Assembly: GCA_964403285.1 (NCBI GenBank)
Contig: CAYOFG010000002.1
Coordinates: forward strand, 21,104-85,103
DNA from: an uncultured Clostridia bacterium
GTDB taxonomy: Bacteria; UBA6262; WVXT01
Reading direction: 5' to 3'
DNA: 64,000 nt
Below the pieces are notes generated by a model. That model saw only the letters and a program-made list of their open reading frames with translations. It did not search any database and had not been told where the DNA came from. The position numbers were made by a program, and so were the translations under genes. Below, in pieces: positions 8,345 through 18,006 of the stretch (positions are counted from its first letter, which is position 1; each line of letters starts with the position of its first letter).

Positions 8345-9829
8345 ATGAACACAGTTAAGAGATTAGTCAAAAATACAGGGTTTGTACTATTGGCACAGGC
8401 TGCAGAACCGGTATGCTCCTTTATATTGGTATTATTCATTGCTCGTTCCTTAGATGTCTCTGGTCTGGGTAAGTTTTCTATTGCCATCTCTCTTTTCTTC
8501 ATTTTTCAGACTATCTCTTCTCTGGGTTTTTCCCACCTGATTACGAGAGAAGTTTCCCGCGACATATCAAAAGCAGGCAAATACTTAATTAACGCCTCTG
8601 TTGTGGGATTTCTCTTCTCAGTTCTGACAGCGGGAGCGATGTGTCTGGCAGGTTATCTATTGAATTATTCGGCAGATACTGCTTTAGCCATTTATATTCT
8701 CAGTCTTGCCTTGATACCTATAGTATTTTCTCTGGTTTGTCATTCTATATGTAGAGCTTTTGAAAGACTGGAATATGTTAGTATTCCGTTTATAACAGGC
8801 AATTTATTCAAAGTCGCGATTGGTTTGCTCATCTTATTTAAGGGCTATGGTTTAGTGGAATTAATGTTAGTAATCCTGGGGAGCTATCTTTTAGACTCGC
8901 TTATCAGTTTATACTTTGTTCTCAAGTGCACGGGAAGACTACTTTTCAAAATAGATTTTGGTTTTTGCAAATGGATTGTCAAAACCACTCCCACTTTTGC
9001 TCTTATTTTTATCTTTGCCACTCTTTATTGGAACGTGGATATCATTATGCTATCCAAAATTAAGGGGGCAACAGAAGTCGGTTTCTATAGCGCCGCTTAC
9101 AAATTAATGAATGTGTGGAAGATAATTCCCCTGGGTTACCTTATGGCATTACAACCCGTTATCTCCAGATTGTTTGAGTCTTCTTTAGAAAAATTTAGGA
9201 TAGCCTGCATCAACTCGATTAGATACCTATTTATGGTAATGTTGCCCATTGCTGTGGGAACTACACTCTTGAGCGACAATTTTATAGTTCTTTTCTTTAA
9301 GGAACGCTTTTTAGCTTCGGCAAATTCTTTGTCCATTCTCATCTGGACATTGGTTCCCTATACTATAAATATGACAATTGCTCATGCCTTGATTGCCAGT
9401 AATAATCAAAAGGTAAACTTACGCTCACTCCTTATTAGTATGATGTGCAATGTTACCTTGAATTTCTTATTAATACCGAGATTCAGTTACTCGGGCGCAG
9501 CTATGACAACCTTGATTTCAATCTGTATATTCCTGGGTTTACAATATGGATTTGTCTCTAAGAATCTATTTACACTCAACTTCTTTCATATTGCTGGAAA
9601 ACCGATTATTTCCGCAGCTTTGATGGGAATAACTATTTTGTTACTTAGACAGCTCAACCTGTTTCTTATAGTGCTCATTGCCACATTAGCTTACGTCTTG
9701 TTCTTATTAACACTCAGGCCATTCTCGGCAACCGACGTACAGCTTTTCCGGAGACTGTGGGAAAGAGATAAGGGATTGATTATATTACAAACTCAGAAAT
9801 CATCTGAGCACAATCCTTCAAAAGAATAA
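8345..9829 (+). CDS. wzx: polysaccharide flippase (Wzx/RfbX, MOP superfamily)
   Basis: N-terminal 'LVKNTGFVLLAQAAEPVCSFILVLFIARSL..GLGKFS' is typical of Wzx. About 14 TM helices throughout. Confidence 0.75.
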   Translation: MNTVKRLVKNTGFVLLAQAAEPVCSFILVLFIARSLDVSGLGKFSIAISLFFIFQTISSLGFSHLITREVSRDISKAGKYLINASVVGFLFSVLTAGAMCLAGYLLNYSADTALAIYILSLALIPIVFSLVCHSICRAFERLEYVSIPFITGNLFKVAIGLLILFKGYGLVELMLVILGSYLLDSLISLYFVLKCTGRLLFKIDFGFCKWIVKTTPTFALIFIFATLYWNVDIIMLSKIKGATEVGFYSAAYKLMNVWKIIPLGYLMALQPVISRLFESSLEKFRIACINSIRYLFMVMLPIAVGTTLLSDNFIVLFFKERFLASANSLSILIWTLVPYTINMTIAHALIASNNQKVNLRSLLISMMCNVTLNFLLIPRFSYSGAAMTTLISICIFLGLQYGFVSKNLFTLNFFHIAGKPIISAALMGITILLLRQLNLFLIVLIATLAYVLFLLTLRPFSATDVQLFRRLWERDKGLIILQTQKSSEHNPSKE

Positions 9830-9858
9830 ATATTCTGAAAAAAAGGAATCATTCAGTT

Positions 9859-10959
9859 ATGCGAATTGTTTTGTACGCATTTGACCATATTGAATATACC
9901 GTACAATTAGCGGAAGCATTATCAAGGTTGGCAGAGGTAATGCTTATGCTCCCCCAACATAAGGTGGAGTGGTTTACAGAAGTATTGGGAGATAATTTAA
10001 ATATGGAAACTTATCGTCAACCCAGGCTTCGCTATCCAACAAATCTATTAACATTATATGGGATAATTAAGAAAATAAATCGTTTTAATCCTGACATTGT
10101 ACACTTGCAGGGCGAACATCCCTGGCTCAACTTAATATTTCCATTGTTGAAGAAAAAATACCCTTTAGTTACCACAATCCACGATGTTGTGCTGCATGTT
10201 GGTGACACAAAATCCAGAAAAATTCCCGCATTCGTATATAAATTGTCTATGAAATACGCAGATGAAATAATTGTCCACGGTGACAAGTTAAAGAAGGAGA
10301 TGCTGGAAAAATCCGACAAATTAGATAGCAATGTCCACGTTTTGCCACGTGGTGTTAATTCCATTTATAAGAGATTTCTCAAGAATGAAGCAAAAGAGGA
10401 AGACAATTTGATTCTGTTCTTTGGTAGGATCTGGGAGTATAAAGGGTTACGATATTTAATTGAGGCAGAACCACTTATCACCGAGAAGATTCCTACGGCA
10501 AAAATATTGATAGCGGGCAAGGGCGAAGACTTTAGAAAATATACAAGAATGATGGTACATAAGGAAAAATTTATTATCCATAATCGGGTAATACCAAGCA
10601 ATATGGTAGGACAGTTATTCCAAAAGGCAAGTGTTGTTGTAGTTCCTTATATAGAGGCATCGCAAAGTGGAATAGTTCCCTTAGCCTATGCATTCAAAAA
10701 ACCGGTAGTGGCGACTGACGTGGGAAGTATTCCGGAAGTTGTGGAAGATGGAAGAACAGGTTATATTGTTCCTCCCAAAAACCCGGAGAAATTGGCAGAA
10801 GCTATAATTGACCTGCTGAGAGATAAAGAAAAGCGAAGAGAAATGGGCGAAAATGGTTATAAGAAAACAGAAAATGAACTCTCCTGGGATAATATCGCAG
10901 CAAAAACAATACAAGTATATAAGAAAGCACTTTGGGATAGACGGAGAAGGTCTCACTGA
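9859..10959 (+). CDS. glycosyltransferase family 4 (GT-B fold)
   Basis: C-terminal retaining GT4 signature …VVVPYIEASQSGIVPLAYAFKKPVVATDVGSIPEVVEDGRTGYIVPP… (E-X7-E region). Confidence 0.8.
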   Translation: MRIVLYAFDHIEYTVQLAEALSRLAEVMLMLPQHKVEWFTEVLGDNLNMETYRQPRLRYPTNLLTLYGIIKKINRFNPDIVHLQGEHPWLNLIFPLLKKKYPLVTTIHDVVLHVGDTKSRKIPAFVYKLSMKYADEIIVHGDKLKKEMLEKSDKLDSNVHVLPRGVNSIYKRFLKNEAKEEDNLILFFGRIWEYKGLRYLIEAEPLITEKIPTAKILIAGKGEDFRKYTRMMVHKEKFIIHNRVIPSNMVGQLFQKASVVVVPYIEASQSGIVPLAYAFKKPVVATDVGSIPEVVEDGRTGYIVPPKNPEKLAEAIIDLLRDKEKRREMGENGYKKTENELSWDNIAAKTIQVYKKALWDRRRRSH

Positions 10960-10980
10960 AGGCGGGAAAGGGATTCGAGT

Positions 10981-12357
10981 TTGCAGTCTAAAAAATTTAG
11001 AAAAGCATTATATAGTCTTTTTTTATCTTTTGTAGTCGTAGTATTGGCATTTGCCGGTGTCTATTTAGTAAGCATTTGCAGCATAAATCACGCGTATTAT
11101 CAGGCGTACAATACTAAAGATGTGGTTGCTTTACGTAAGTTTCCTTATCCTTACAAAGCTGCAATGACGATTTGTAGCGATATTGATGGAACTACAAGTA
11201 AAGAAGAATTCTTAGAAATTCAAAAATTTCTCAACACCAAAGAAGAAACCAGTATGGGAGAAGGGGTGGGATTAGAAATCGGTAATAGTTTTGTGATGTA
11301 TGCACCACCGACCTGCGCATTTTCGTACTTCTCGGGAAATCCAGAGAACGCTCAAATTATTAGGAAATATATTAATTCCGGGTATATAGATTTTATGCAC
11401 TCTTACGGAGAAAAAACAGATTTTACTCGAAAAGATGCGATAGAAGCAATAAAAGAATTAAATGATAATCAGTGCAAAGTTGATGTATGGGTTGACCACG
11501 CCACAACTGTAGACAACTTAGGTGATGATTTGACGTTTGGTTTAGGTGATCATTCTGACTCAAGTGCCTACCATTCTGACATTACATTAGCATATGGTAT
11601 AAAATTTGTCTGGCTGGGCAGAGTTACCACGGTTATTGGTCAGTCCGTACCTATAACCTTGAAGACATTTTCCTCAGTTTACGATTCTCGTCACCCTGTT
11701 GATTCTTTGAAAAATATGGTGAAAGAATTTGCCAAGAATGTCCTGGCTGTCTTTGGAAATAAGAAATACGCTATGCACAAGAGTTATAACCTTCTGAGAA
11801 TAGCAAAACTAAACGATGGTCAAAAAGTCTATGAATTCTTAAGGTTTGATAACTATTGGAAAGGAGTTGCAGAAGGCGCTACTTCTAAGCGCTTGGCGTA
11901 CGTAATTTCCAAACGGACTCTGGAGAGGTTAAAGAAAGTCGGTGGTTATATGATTGTTTATACCCACTTAGGGAAAAATTCTGATTGCCCAGAGGTAGTT
12001 GCAAAAGAAACACAAAATGCACTGCGGGATTTGGCGAGCGAATACGAAAGGGGAAATATTTATGTTACCACCACTTCCCGGCTGTTGAATTATTTTATTA
12101 ATCAGAAATATTTAAAATGGTCGTATGAGACTAAAGGTGAGGAAATGATTATTACCATCTTCAGCGTAGAAGATCCAGTTTTTGGCTCTTTCGTTCCGAC
12201 CATTAAAGATTTGCAGGGAATCACCTTTTATGTTCCCGCTAAGGATAAAATCCGGATTTATATAAATGATAGGGAGATAACAGACATTCGCAGGAACCCG
12301 CCCGATTTTATGGAAAGAGAAAGTGTAACAATTTGGAAAAGGGAGGAAAAGGCATGA
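10981..12357 (+). CDS. hypothetical membrane-anchored protein
   Basis: Single N-terminal TM helix (LYSLFLSFVVVVLAFAGVYLV) followed by a large soluble domain with no motif I recognise. Coding-like composition, tight spacing in the operon. Confidence 0.45.
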   Translation: MQSKKFRKALYSLFLSFVVVVLAFAGVYLVSICSINHAYYQAYNTKDVVALRKFPYPYKAAMTICSDIDGTTSKEEFLEIQKFLNTKEETSMGEGVGLEIGNSFVMYAPPTCAFSYFSGNPENAQIIRKYINSGYIDFMHSYGEKTDFTRKDAIEAIKELNDNQCKVDVWVDHATTVDNLGDDLTFGLGDHSDSSAYHSDITLAYGIKFVWLGRVTTVIGQSVPITLKTFSSVYDSRHPVDSLKNMVKEFAKNVLAVFGNKKYAMHKSYNLLRIAKLNDGQKVYEFLRFDNYWKGVAEGATSKRLAYVISKRTLERLKKVGGYMIVYTHLGKNSDCPEVVAKETQNALRDLASEYERGNIYVTTTSRLLNYFINQKYLKWSYETKGEEMIITIFSVEDPVFGSFVPTIKDLQGITFYVPAKDKIRIYINDREITDIRRNPPDFMERESVTIWKREEKA

Positions 12358-12488
12358 CAAAAAGTATCCTGTCTCCTTTCTTGACAAGAGAAAGCGTGAA
12401 AAAAAGTAGCCTGTCCCCTTTTTTGGTGGGTATTGTTGATGGTTCGTCAACAAGAGACGAGTCAGAACAATGGGAACAAATAAGCAGA

Positions 12489-14225
12489 ATGTGTTATGCA
12501 CTGGAAGTCTATGAATGGTACAAGCCTGAGATATATATAAAAGGACCTCTGGCTTTGGGTCAAGCAGACTACGGCATACTCAACAGAGATTTGCGGCCGG
12601 TTAATAATAAGGATGGCCGCTATACATTATTTTTTCATGGTGAGATATATAACTACAAAGACTTAAAAGATGAAATTGGGATAAGAGAATCTATTTCTGC
12701 TGCGAAACTTCTCTTATTACTTTACGAAAAATATAAGAATGACCTCATTTTCAAATTAAAAGGAGCTTTTAATATAATTATCTGGGACGGGAATGAAAGA
12801 AAATTAACCGTTATCAATGACCGGTACGGGCTACGGCCTATATATTATGCACGAGGTAAAAATAGACTATACCTGGCTTCAGAAGTGAAGGCAATTTTGG
12901 CGTGTAATGATGTTTCCAAAAATATTGACCACTCTGCCATTGCCAGCCTGTTCTTCTTTGGCTTCGTAATGGAAAACAAAACTTATTTTGAATCAATCAA
13001 ATTGCTGCCGCCTGCATCATTGTTAGTCCTTAAGAACAATGAAATTTCTATCTCTAATTATTGGGACTTCAATTTTTTAGACAGGGACAAGGGCAAAACT
13101 CAGGATTATTACGAACAAAAACTGGGAAGACTCATATTGCAGGCGATAGAAAGGCATACAGAAGACGGTGCCAGAATTACTGTTCCTTTGAGCGGTGGAT
13201 TGGATTCCCGGACTATTCTGGCGAGCATACCTAAGGAATATTATCCAATAAATACTGTTACCTTCGGAACAGAAGATATGAATGATGTCAAGATTGCCAG
13301 GCAGGTATCAGATGCATTAGGAGCTAATCATCATTATCTTGAGATCTCACCTCAAGACATTATTTGCAATGCGAAAAAGATAGTAAATATAACTGATGGA
13401 ATGATATCTTTTCTCCATTCTACGGGGAATATGAAACTTGAATTAATAAGAGATTACACCGATGTTTGCCTTGATGGAATGCAGCCCTTTGGCAGCTTTT
13501 TCAGTCCCTTTGCCATTTTCAAAAGCAAAGAGAAGTTATTAATTGCCGACTATCTTTTCCAGCCAATTGCCAAGGATTTGGCAAAGTCTCTTTTTATTCC
13601 TTCCTATTACAGAAAAATAAAGGATTATCCCAGAGAAATTATGGGAGATATTTCCCTCAAGTGTAAGTCCACATCTGCCAGTAGTATCATAGACTATTCT
13701 ATTGCTACGCAATATGTGCGGCGCTTTGTAAATTACGGCAATCTTGTTAAGAGAACCCACGTGGAGGTGAGAAGTCCTTTTTTTGATAATGACCTCGTTG
13801 ATTTCATCGTTAACACTCCCCCTCACGAAAGAAGATATCAATATCTATACACGCACACTTTTTCCCGGCTTTTTCCCAAACTGGCAAGAATCCCCTGGGA
13901 AAAGACGGGATTGCCTGTTGATGCAACCAATAGCTTTGCCAAAATGACTTTATCTTTGGTTAAGAAACGTTTGAAGAAAAAGATGGGCGGGGCTTCCTCA
14001 ATTAATCTCTTTGCCAAGTATACTCAATGGTCGAGGGAGAACGAAAATTTAATCACCTTTATCTGCAGCACGTTGTTGGATGGAAAAGGTTATAGTAGAA
14101 GTGTTCTGAATATTAAGACCGTGGAACGTATTCTCCAGGAACATATTAGAGGCAAATTTAATCATATGGAACTTATCTCCCGGCTTCTAACTTTTCAGTT
14201 GTGGAGTCGACTTTTTATTAATTAG
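12489..14225 (+). CDS. asnB: asparagine synthetase (glutamine-hydrolysing) family amidotransferase, AsnB/WbpS-like
   Basis: Class-II glutamine amidotransferases require Cys immediately after the initiator Met; MCYALEV... at 12489 provides this. Glutaminase motifs LALGQADYGILNRD and QPVNNKDGRYTLFFHGEIYNY. PP-loop ITVPLSGGLDSRTILA. The ORF-track start at 12333 adds 52 residues that would bury Cys2. Confidence 0.8.
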   Translation: MCYALEVYEWYKPEIYIKGPLALGQADYGILNRDLRPVNNKDGRYTLFFHGEIYNYKDLKDEIGIRESISAAKLLLLLYEKYKNDLIFKLKGAFNIIIWDGNERKLTVINDRYGLRPIYYARGKNRLYLASEVKAILACNDVSKNIDHSAIASLFFFGFVMENKTYFESIKLLPPASLLVLKNNEISISNYWDFNFLDRDKGKTQDYYEQKLGRLILQAIERHTEDGARITVPLSGGLDSRTILASIPKEYYPINTVTFGTEDMNDVKIARQVSDALGANHHYLEISPQDIICNAKKIVNITDGMISFLHSTGNMKLELIRDYTDVCLDGMQPFGSFFSPFAIFKSKEKLLIADYLFQPIAKDLAKSLFIPSYYRKIKDYPREIMGDISLKCKSTSASSIIDYSIATQYVRRFVNYGNLVKRTHVEVRSPFFDNDLVDFIVNTPPHERRYQYLYTHTFSRLFPKLARIPWEKTGLPVDATNSFAKMTLSLVKKRLKKKMGGASSINLFAKYTQWSRENENLITFICSTLLDGKGYSRSVLNIKTVERILQEHIRGKFNHMELISRLLTFQLWSRLFIN

Positions 14226-14241
14226 ATAGTTATTGGATATT

Positions 14242-14295
14242 GGAGTAGCAGGTTTTAACCTGCGTTTTAAGACGCAGACTAAAGTCTGCTACTCC
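14242..14295. terminator. double hairpin of the GGAGTAGCAGAC-family element between asnB-like and GT4 genes
   Basis: ggagtagcagg-ttttaa-cctgc, then gacgcagactaaagtctgctactcc (the reverse-complement copy of the 34893 element), forming a long composite stem. Confidence 0.5.
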
Positions 14296-14321
14296 TAAGT
14301 CATTAAGGCGGAATATAAAAG

Positions 14322-15299
14322 ATGAAGGTTTTGGTTATCAGCAATATGTATCCGGGAAAAAATTCTTACCTGGGAACCTTTATAAAACAACAAGTGGAAG
14401 ATATGGAAAATGAAGGTTTGCGCACGACAAAAGTGGTAAAGGATAGAAAAACTTATTCTGCCTATGTGCCTTTTATTTTGAAAAATATCTTTTATTTGCT
14501 TTTTGCTTCTTACGATATAATTCACGCATATTACGGATTTCACTCTGCTCTGTTTGCAGCAATCATAAAAAGAAGGCCTCTGATAATAACTTTTGTGGGA
14601 AGCGATGCATTAAAAGAACCTTCCCGCAATAAGGTGTATCGTATCCTGCAAAAATTTGTTATAGCACGGGCTGACCATATCATTGCTGTAAGTAGTAAGA
14701 TAAAAAATGTCCTTATTTCTGATTTGGGAGCAGACTCCAATAAGATATCAGTGATTACTTTTGGTATCGACTTTGACCTCTTTAAACCCTCGCCGCAGGA
14801 TAAAGTGAGAGAGAAATTGGGTTTTCCGTCTGATATGAAACTCGTTTTGTTTCCCAGTAATCCCCAGAGAATCGAAAAAAGATTCGACATCTTTAACAGA
14901 GCCGTAAAATTGCTGCAGGAAGAGAATCAAAATATTCTGCCCATAATCCTGAGTAATAACAGGCGCCCATATTCTGAGATTCCCTTGGTTATGAATGCTT
15001 GTGACGTATTAGTATTAACTTCTGACTCAGAAGGTTCCCCTACAGTAATAAAAGAGGCGTTAGCCTGCAACCTGCCTGTTGTCTCTGTTGACGTTGGCGA
15101 TGCGCGAGAGGTAATCAAAGATATTGCCAATTGCTACCTTTGCAAACAGGAGCCCGTTGATATTGCCGAAAGTATAAAATTAGTTCTGGATAAAAAGACA
15201 AGGAGTGCGGGAAGAGATAATATCAAACACTTATCATCAAAGAAAATTGCGACAAAAATAATAGAACTTTATACACAAATAACCCAGGGTATTTTATGA
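14322..15299 (+). CDS. glycosyltransferase family 4-like
   Basis: MKVLVISNMYPG start typical of GT4. C-terminal …TSDSEGSPTVIKEALACNLPVVSVDVGDAREVI…. Confidence 0.7.
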   Translation: MKVLVISNMYPGKNSYLGTFIKQQVEDMENEGLRTTKVVKDRKTYSAYVPFILKNIFYLLFASYDIIHAYYGFHSALFAAIIKRRPLIITFVGSDALKEPSRNKVYRILQKFVIARADHIIAVSSKIKNVLISDLGADSNKISVITFGIDFDLFKPSPQDKVREKLGFPSDMKLVLFPSNPQRIEKRFDIFNRAVKLLQEENQNILPIILSNNRRPYSEIPLVMNACDVLVLTSDSEGSPTVIKEALACNLPVVSVDVGDAREVIKDIANCYLCKQEPVDIAESIKLVLDKKTRSAGRDNIKHLSSKKIATKIIELYTQITQGIL

Positions 15300-16261
15300 A
15301 CACATTAATCACAGGAATTGCCGGTTTTACGGGAATCCATTTAGCAGAATACCTGTCGTCCCCGGATAGGCATAGCGACAATATAGATCTGTATGGCATT
15401 GATATTATAAGAGAGCTCGGCGAAGATGCCCAGCGCGTCTTAGAAAAAGTAGAGGTCCTCACTTGTGACATCCTGGATAAAGAAGAAACGAAAAATACTT
15501 TAGAGGAGATTGAACCCGATAGAATTTTTCACTTAGCAGGTTTGACCTTTGACCCAGATTCCCATCAGTCTCCGGAAAGATTCTATTCTACAAATGTTTT
15601 CGGGACTATCAACTTACTGGAGGGAGTTAAAGAACTGGGAATTAATCCCCTAATCCATATTGCTTGCTCCAGTGCTGAATATGGCTTGATACTGGAAAAT
15701 GAGAATCCGGTTATGGAAACTAACCATTTCCGGCCGATAAGCCCGTACGGAATAAGTAAACTTGCTCAAGATATGGTGGGATATCAATATTACAAAAATT
15801 ATGGATTAAGAATTGTTCGCACAAGAACTTTTAATATCACGGGACCGAGAGAGAAGGGAAATTTTGTATGTTCCAACTTTGCTCGCCAAATAGCGCTGAT
15901 TGAAAAGGGTAAACAAGAAGCGACAATTTATGTCGGTAACTTAGATAGTAAGAGAGATTTTGTGGATATTAGAGACGTGGTGAAGGCCTATTGGCTGGCA
16001 GTGGACAAAGGAATTTCAGGAGAAGTTTATAACCTTTGTTCAGGAAAGGCATATTCAATAGGCGAGATGTTAAACATTTTGTTACAGATGACAAAAGAGA
16101 ATATAATTATTAAGCAGGATGCTGAAAGAATGCGGCCATCCGACATTCCTTTACAGGTTGGCAGCTTCCAGAAATTTCACAAACAAACGGGCTGGGAACC
16201 TATCATATCTCTGCAAGAGACATTAAAGGATTTGCTCAACTATTGGCGAAGAAAAGTCTAA
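15296..16261 (+). CDS. NAD-dependent epimerase/dehydratase (extended SDR)
   Basis: TGIAGFTGIHLAEYL Rossmann motif. Catalytic YxxxK (SPYGISKLAQD). Start overlaps the previous stop (ATGA). Confidence 0.8.
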   Translation: MNTLITGIAGFTGIHLAEYLSSPDRHSDNIDLYGIDIIRELGEDAQRVLEKVEVLTCDILDKEETKNTLEEIEPDRIFHLAGLTFDPDSHQSPERFYSTNVFGTINLLEGVKELGINPLIHIACSSAEYGLILENENPVMETNHFRPISPYGISKLAQDMVGYQYYKNYGLRIVRTRTFNITGPREKGNFVCSNFARQIALIEKGKQEATIYVGNLDSKRDFVDIRDVVKAYWLAVDKGISGEVYNLCSGKAYSIGEMLNILLQMTKENIIIKQDAERMRPSDIPLQVGSFQKFHKQTGWEPIISLQETLKDLLNYWRRKV

Positions 16262-16281
16262 TAAACAAGGGGAAAGAATTT

Positions 16282-17271
16282 ATGGACTGGAAACGAAAAA
16301 CTGTTCTTGTAACTGGAGCTGGTGGATTTATTGGTAGCCATTTAACGGAAAAGTTAGTTGACTTAGGAGCGAAAGTCAAAGCTTTTGTCCGTTACAACTC
16401 CCGTAACGATTGGGGCTTAATACAAACTTTGCCTTCAGGTACGAAAGAGAAAATGGAAGTGATTATGGGTGATTTAAGAGATTCCGAAACCGTCAAAAGC
16501 GTGATGCAGGATGTTAATGTAGTTTTCCATCTGGGAGCTTTAATCGCTATTCCTTACTCCTATATTCATCCCAGAGAAGTGGTGGAAACGAATATTATGG
16601 GAACCTTAAATATTTTAAATGCGGCAAAAGAATACAAACCGGAAAAAATAATCCATACTTCTACGAGTGAAGTTTATGGAACAGCTCAATACGTACCCAT
16701 TGACGAGAAACATCCCCTGCAAGGGCAATCGCCGTATTCAGCCAGTAAAATAGGTGCGGATAAGCTTGCGGAAAGTTTTTACAGGTCGTATGACCTGCCA
16801 ATCAATACATTAAGACCATTTAACACTTATGGCCCACGACAGTCGGCAAGAGCGGTCGTTCCCACAATTATCACTCAAGCGCTGGCGCAAAACAAGGTTT
16901 TCCTTGGGTCTTTAGAGCCGACCAGGGATTTATCTTACGTTGACGATATAGTTGATGGCTTTATTAAAGCAGCGGAATCGGAAAAGTCTATTGGCGAAGT
17001 TATCAATATCGGTTCCGGTTTTGAGATTTCCATAAAGGATTTAGCAGATAAGATAATTTCCTTGATAGGAAAAAAGATAAAGATAATTTCCGATCCTGGA
17101 CGGATAAGACCACCAAAAAGCGAAGTGGAAAGATTAATGGCTGATAATTCTAAGGCAAAAGAGTTACTCGGTTGGAAACCCAAGGTTTCCTTGGACGAGG
17201 GTTTAAGAAAGACTGTGGACTGGTTTTCAAAATTTCAAAACAGATATAGACCAGATATCTACACCATTTAG
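16282..17271 (+). CDS. NAD-dependent epimerase/dehydratase (extended SDR; sugar-nucleotide 4,6-dehydratase/decarboxylase-like)
   Basis: ATG at 16282 lies 7 nt after RBS aagggga. VLVTGAGGFIGSHLTEKL Rossmann motif. Catalytic SPYSASKIGADKL. The 16243 start in the ORF track would overlap the previous gene. Confidence 0.8.
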   Translation: MDWKRKTVLVTGAGGFIGSHLTEKLVDLGAKVKAFVRYNSRNDWGLIQTLPSGTKEKMEVIMGDLRDSETVKSVMQDVNVVFHLGALIAIPYSYIHPREVVETNIMGTLNILNAAKEYKPEKIIHTSTSEVYGTAQYVPIDEKHPLQGQSPYSASKIGADKLAESFYRSYDLPINTLRPFNTYGPRQSARAVVPTIITQALAQNKVFLGSLEPTRDLSYVDDIVDGFIKAAESEKSIGEVINIGSGFEISIKDLADKIISLIGKKIKIISDPGRIRPPKSEVERLMADNSKAKELLGWKPKVSLDEGLRKTVDWFSKFQNRYRPDIYTI

Positions 17272-17279
17272 GGGGGAAT

Positions 17280-17993
17280 ATGGACGCAATTATCCTCGCA
17301 GGAGGCAAAGGAACGAGATTGGCACCATACACAACGATTTTCCCCAAACCATTAATGCCCATAGGAGATGTGCCTATTCTGGACGTAGTTTTGCGGCAAT
17401 TGAAGGGTTATGGATTTACCAAGGTAATTATTGCAGTAGGTTATCTGGCGGAACTTCTGGAGACCTATTTTGGGAACGGAAGCAAATATGGAATCGACAT
17501 TCAATATTCGCGCGAAAGTAAACCTCTGGGAACAGCAGGGCCTCTTTCTCTAATTGAGAATTTAACGAATCCCTTCCTGGTTATGAACGGGGATATTTTG
17601 ACGGCGCTTAATTATTCTACGCTTATCAATTATCATAAAAAGAAAGAGGCTATAGCCACAATTGCTATGCATAAGAGAACAGTTGATGTTGATTTTGGCG
17701 TCATTGAATTAAATTCGGATAGTGAAATTACCAATTACATTGAGAAGCCTAACTTAAATTATCTGGTGAGTATGGGGATTTATATCTTTGACACCAAGGT
17801 TCTGAAGTATATCAAGACGGATGAGAAATTAGATTTCCCGGATTTAGTAAGAAAGTTACTGAAAAATAACGAAAAGGTCATTGGCTACCCAAGTGAAGAC
17901 TACTGGTTAGATATCGGCCGCCATGATGATTATGAAAAAGCCATTGCCGAGTTTGAAAAAAATAAAAAGAAATTTCTGCCCGGTCAGTTTTAG
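17280..17993 (+). CDS. sugar-phosphate nucleotidyltransferase (glucose-1-P cytidylyl/thymidylyl/mannose-1-P guanylyl-transferase family)
   Basis: AIILAGGKGTRLAPYT...KPLMPIG signature (GxGTRL) of the NTP_transferase family. Confidence 0.75.
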   Translation: MDAIILAGGKGTRLAPYTTIFPKPLMPIGDVPILDVVLRQLKGYGFTKVIIAVGYLAELLETYFGNGSKYGIDIQYSRESKPLGTAGPLSLIENLTNPFLVMNGDILTALNYSTLINYHKKKEAIATIAMHKRTVDVDFGVIELNSDSEITNYIEKPNLNYLVSMGIYIFDTKVLKYIKTDEKLDFPDLVRKLLKNNEKVIGYPSEDYWLDIGRHDDYEKAIAEFEKNKKKFLPGQF

Positions 17994-18006
17994 GGATTGA
18001 AGGAAG

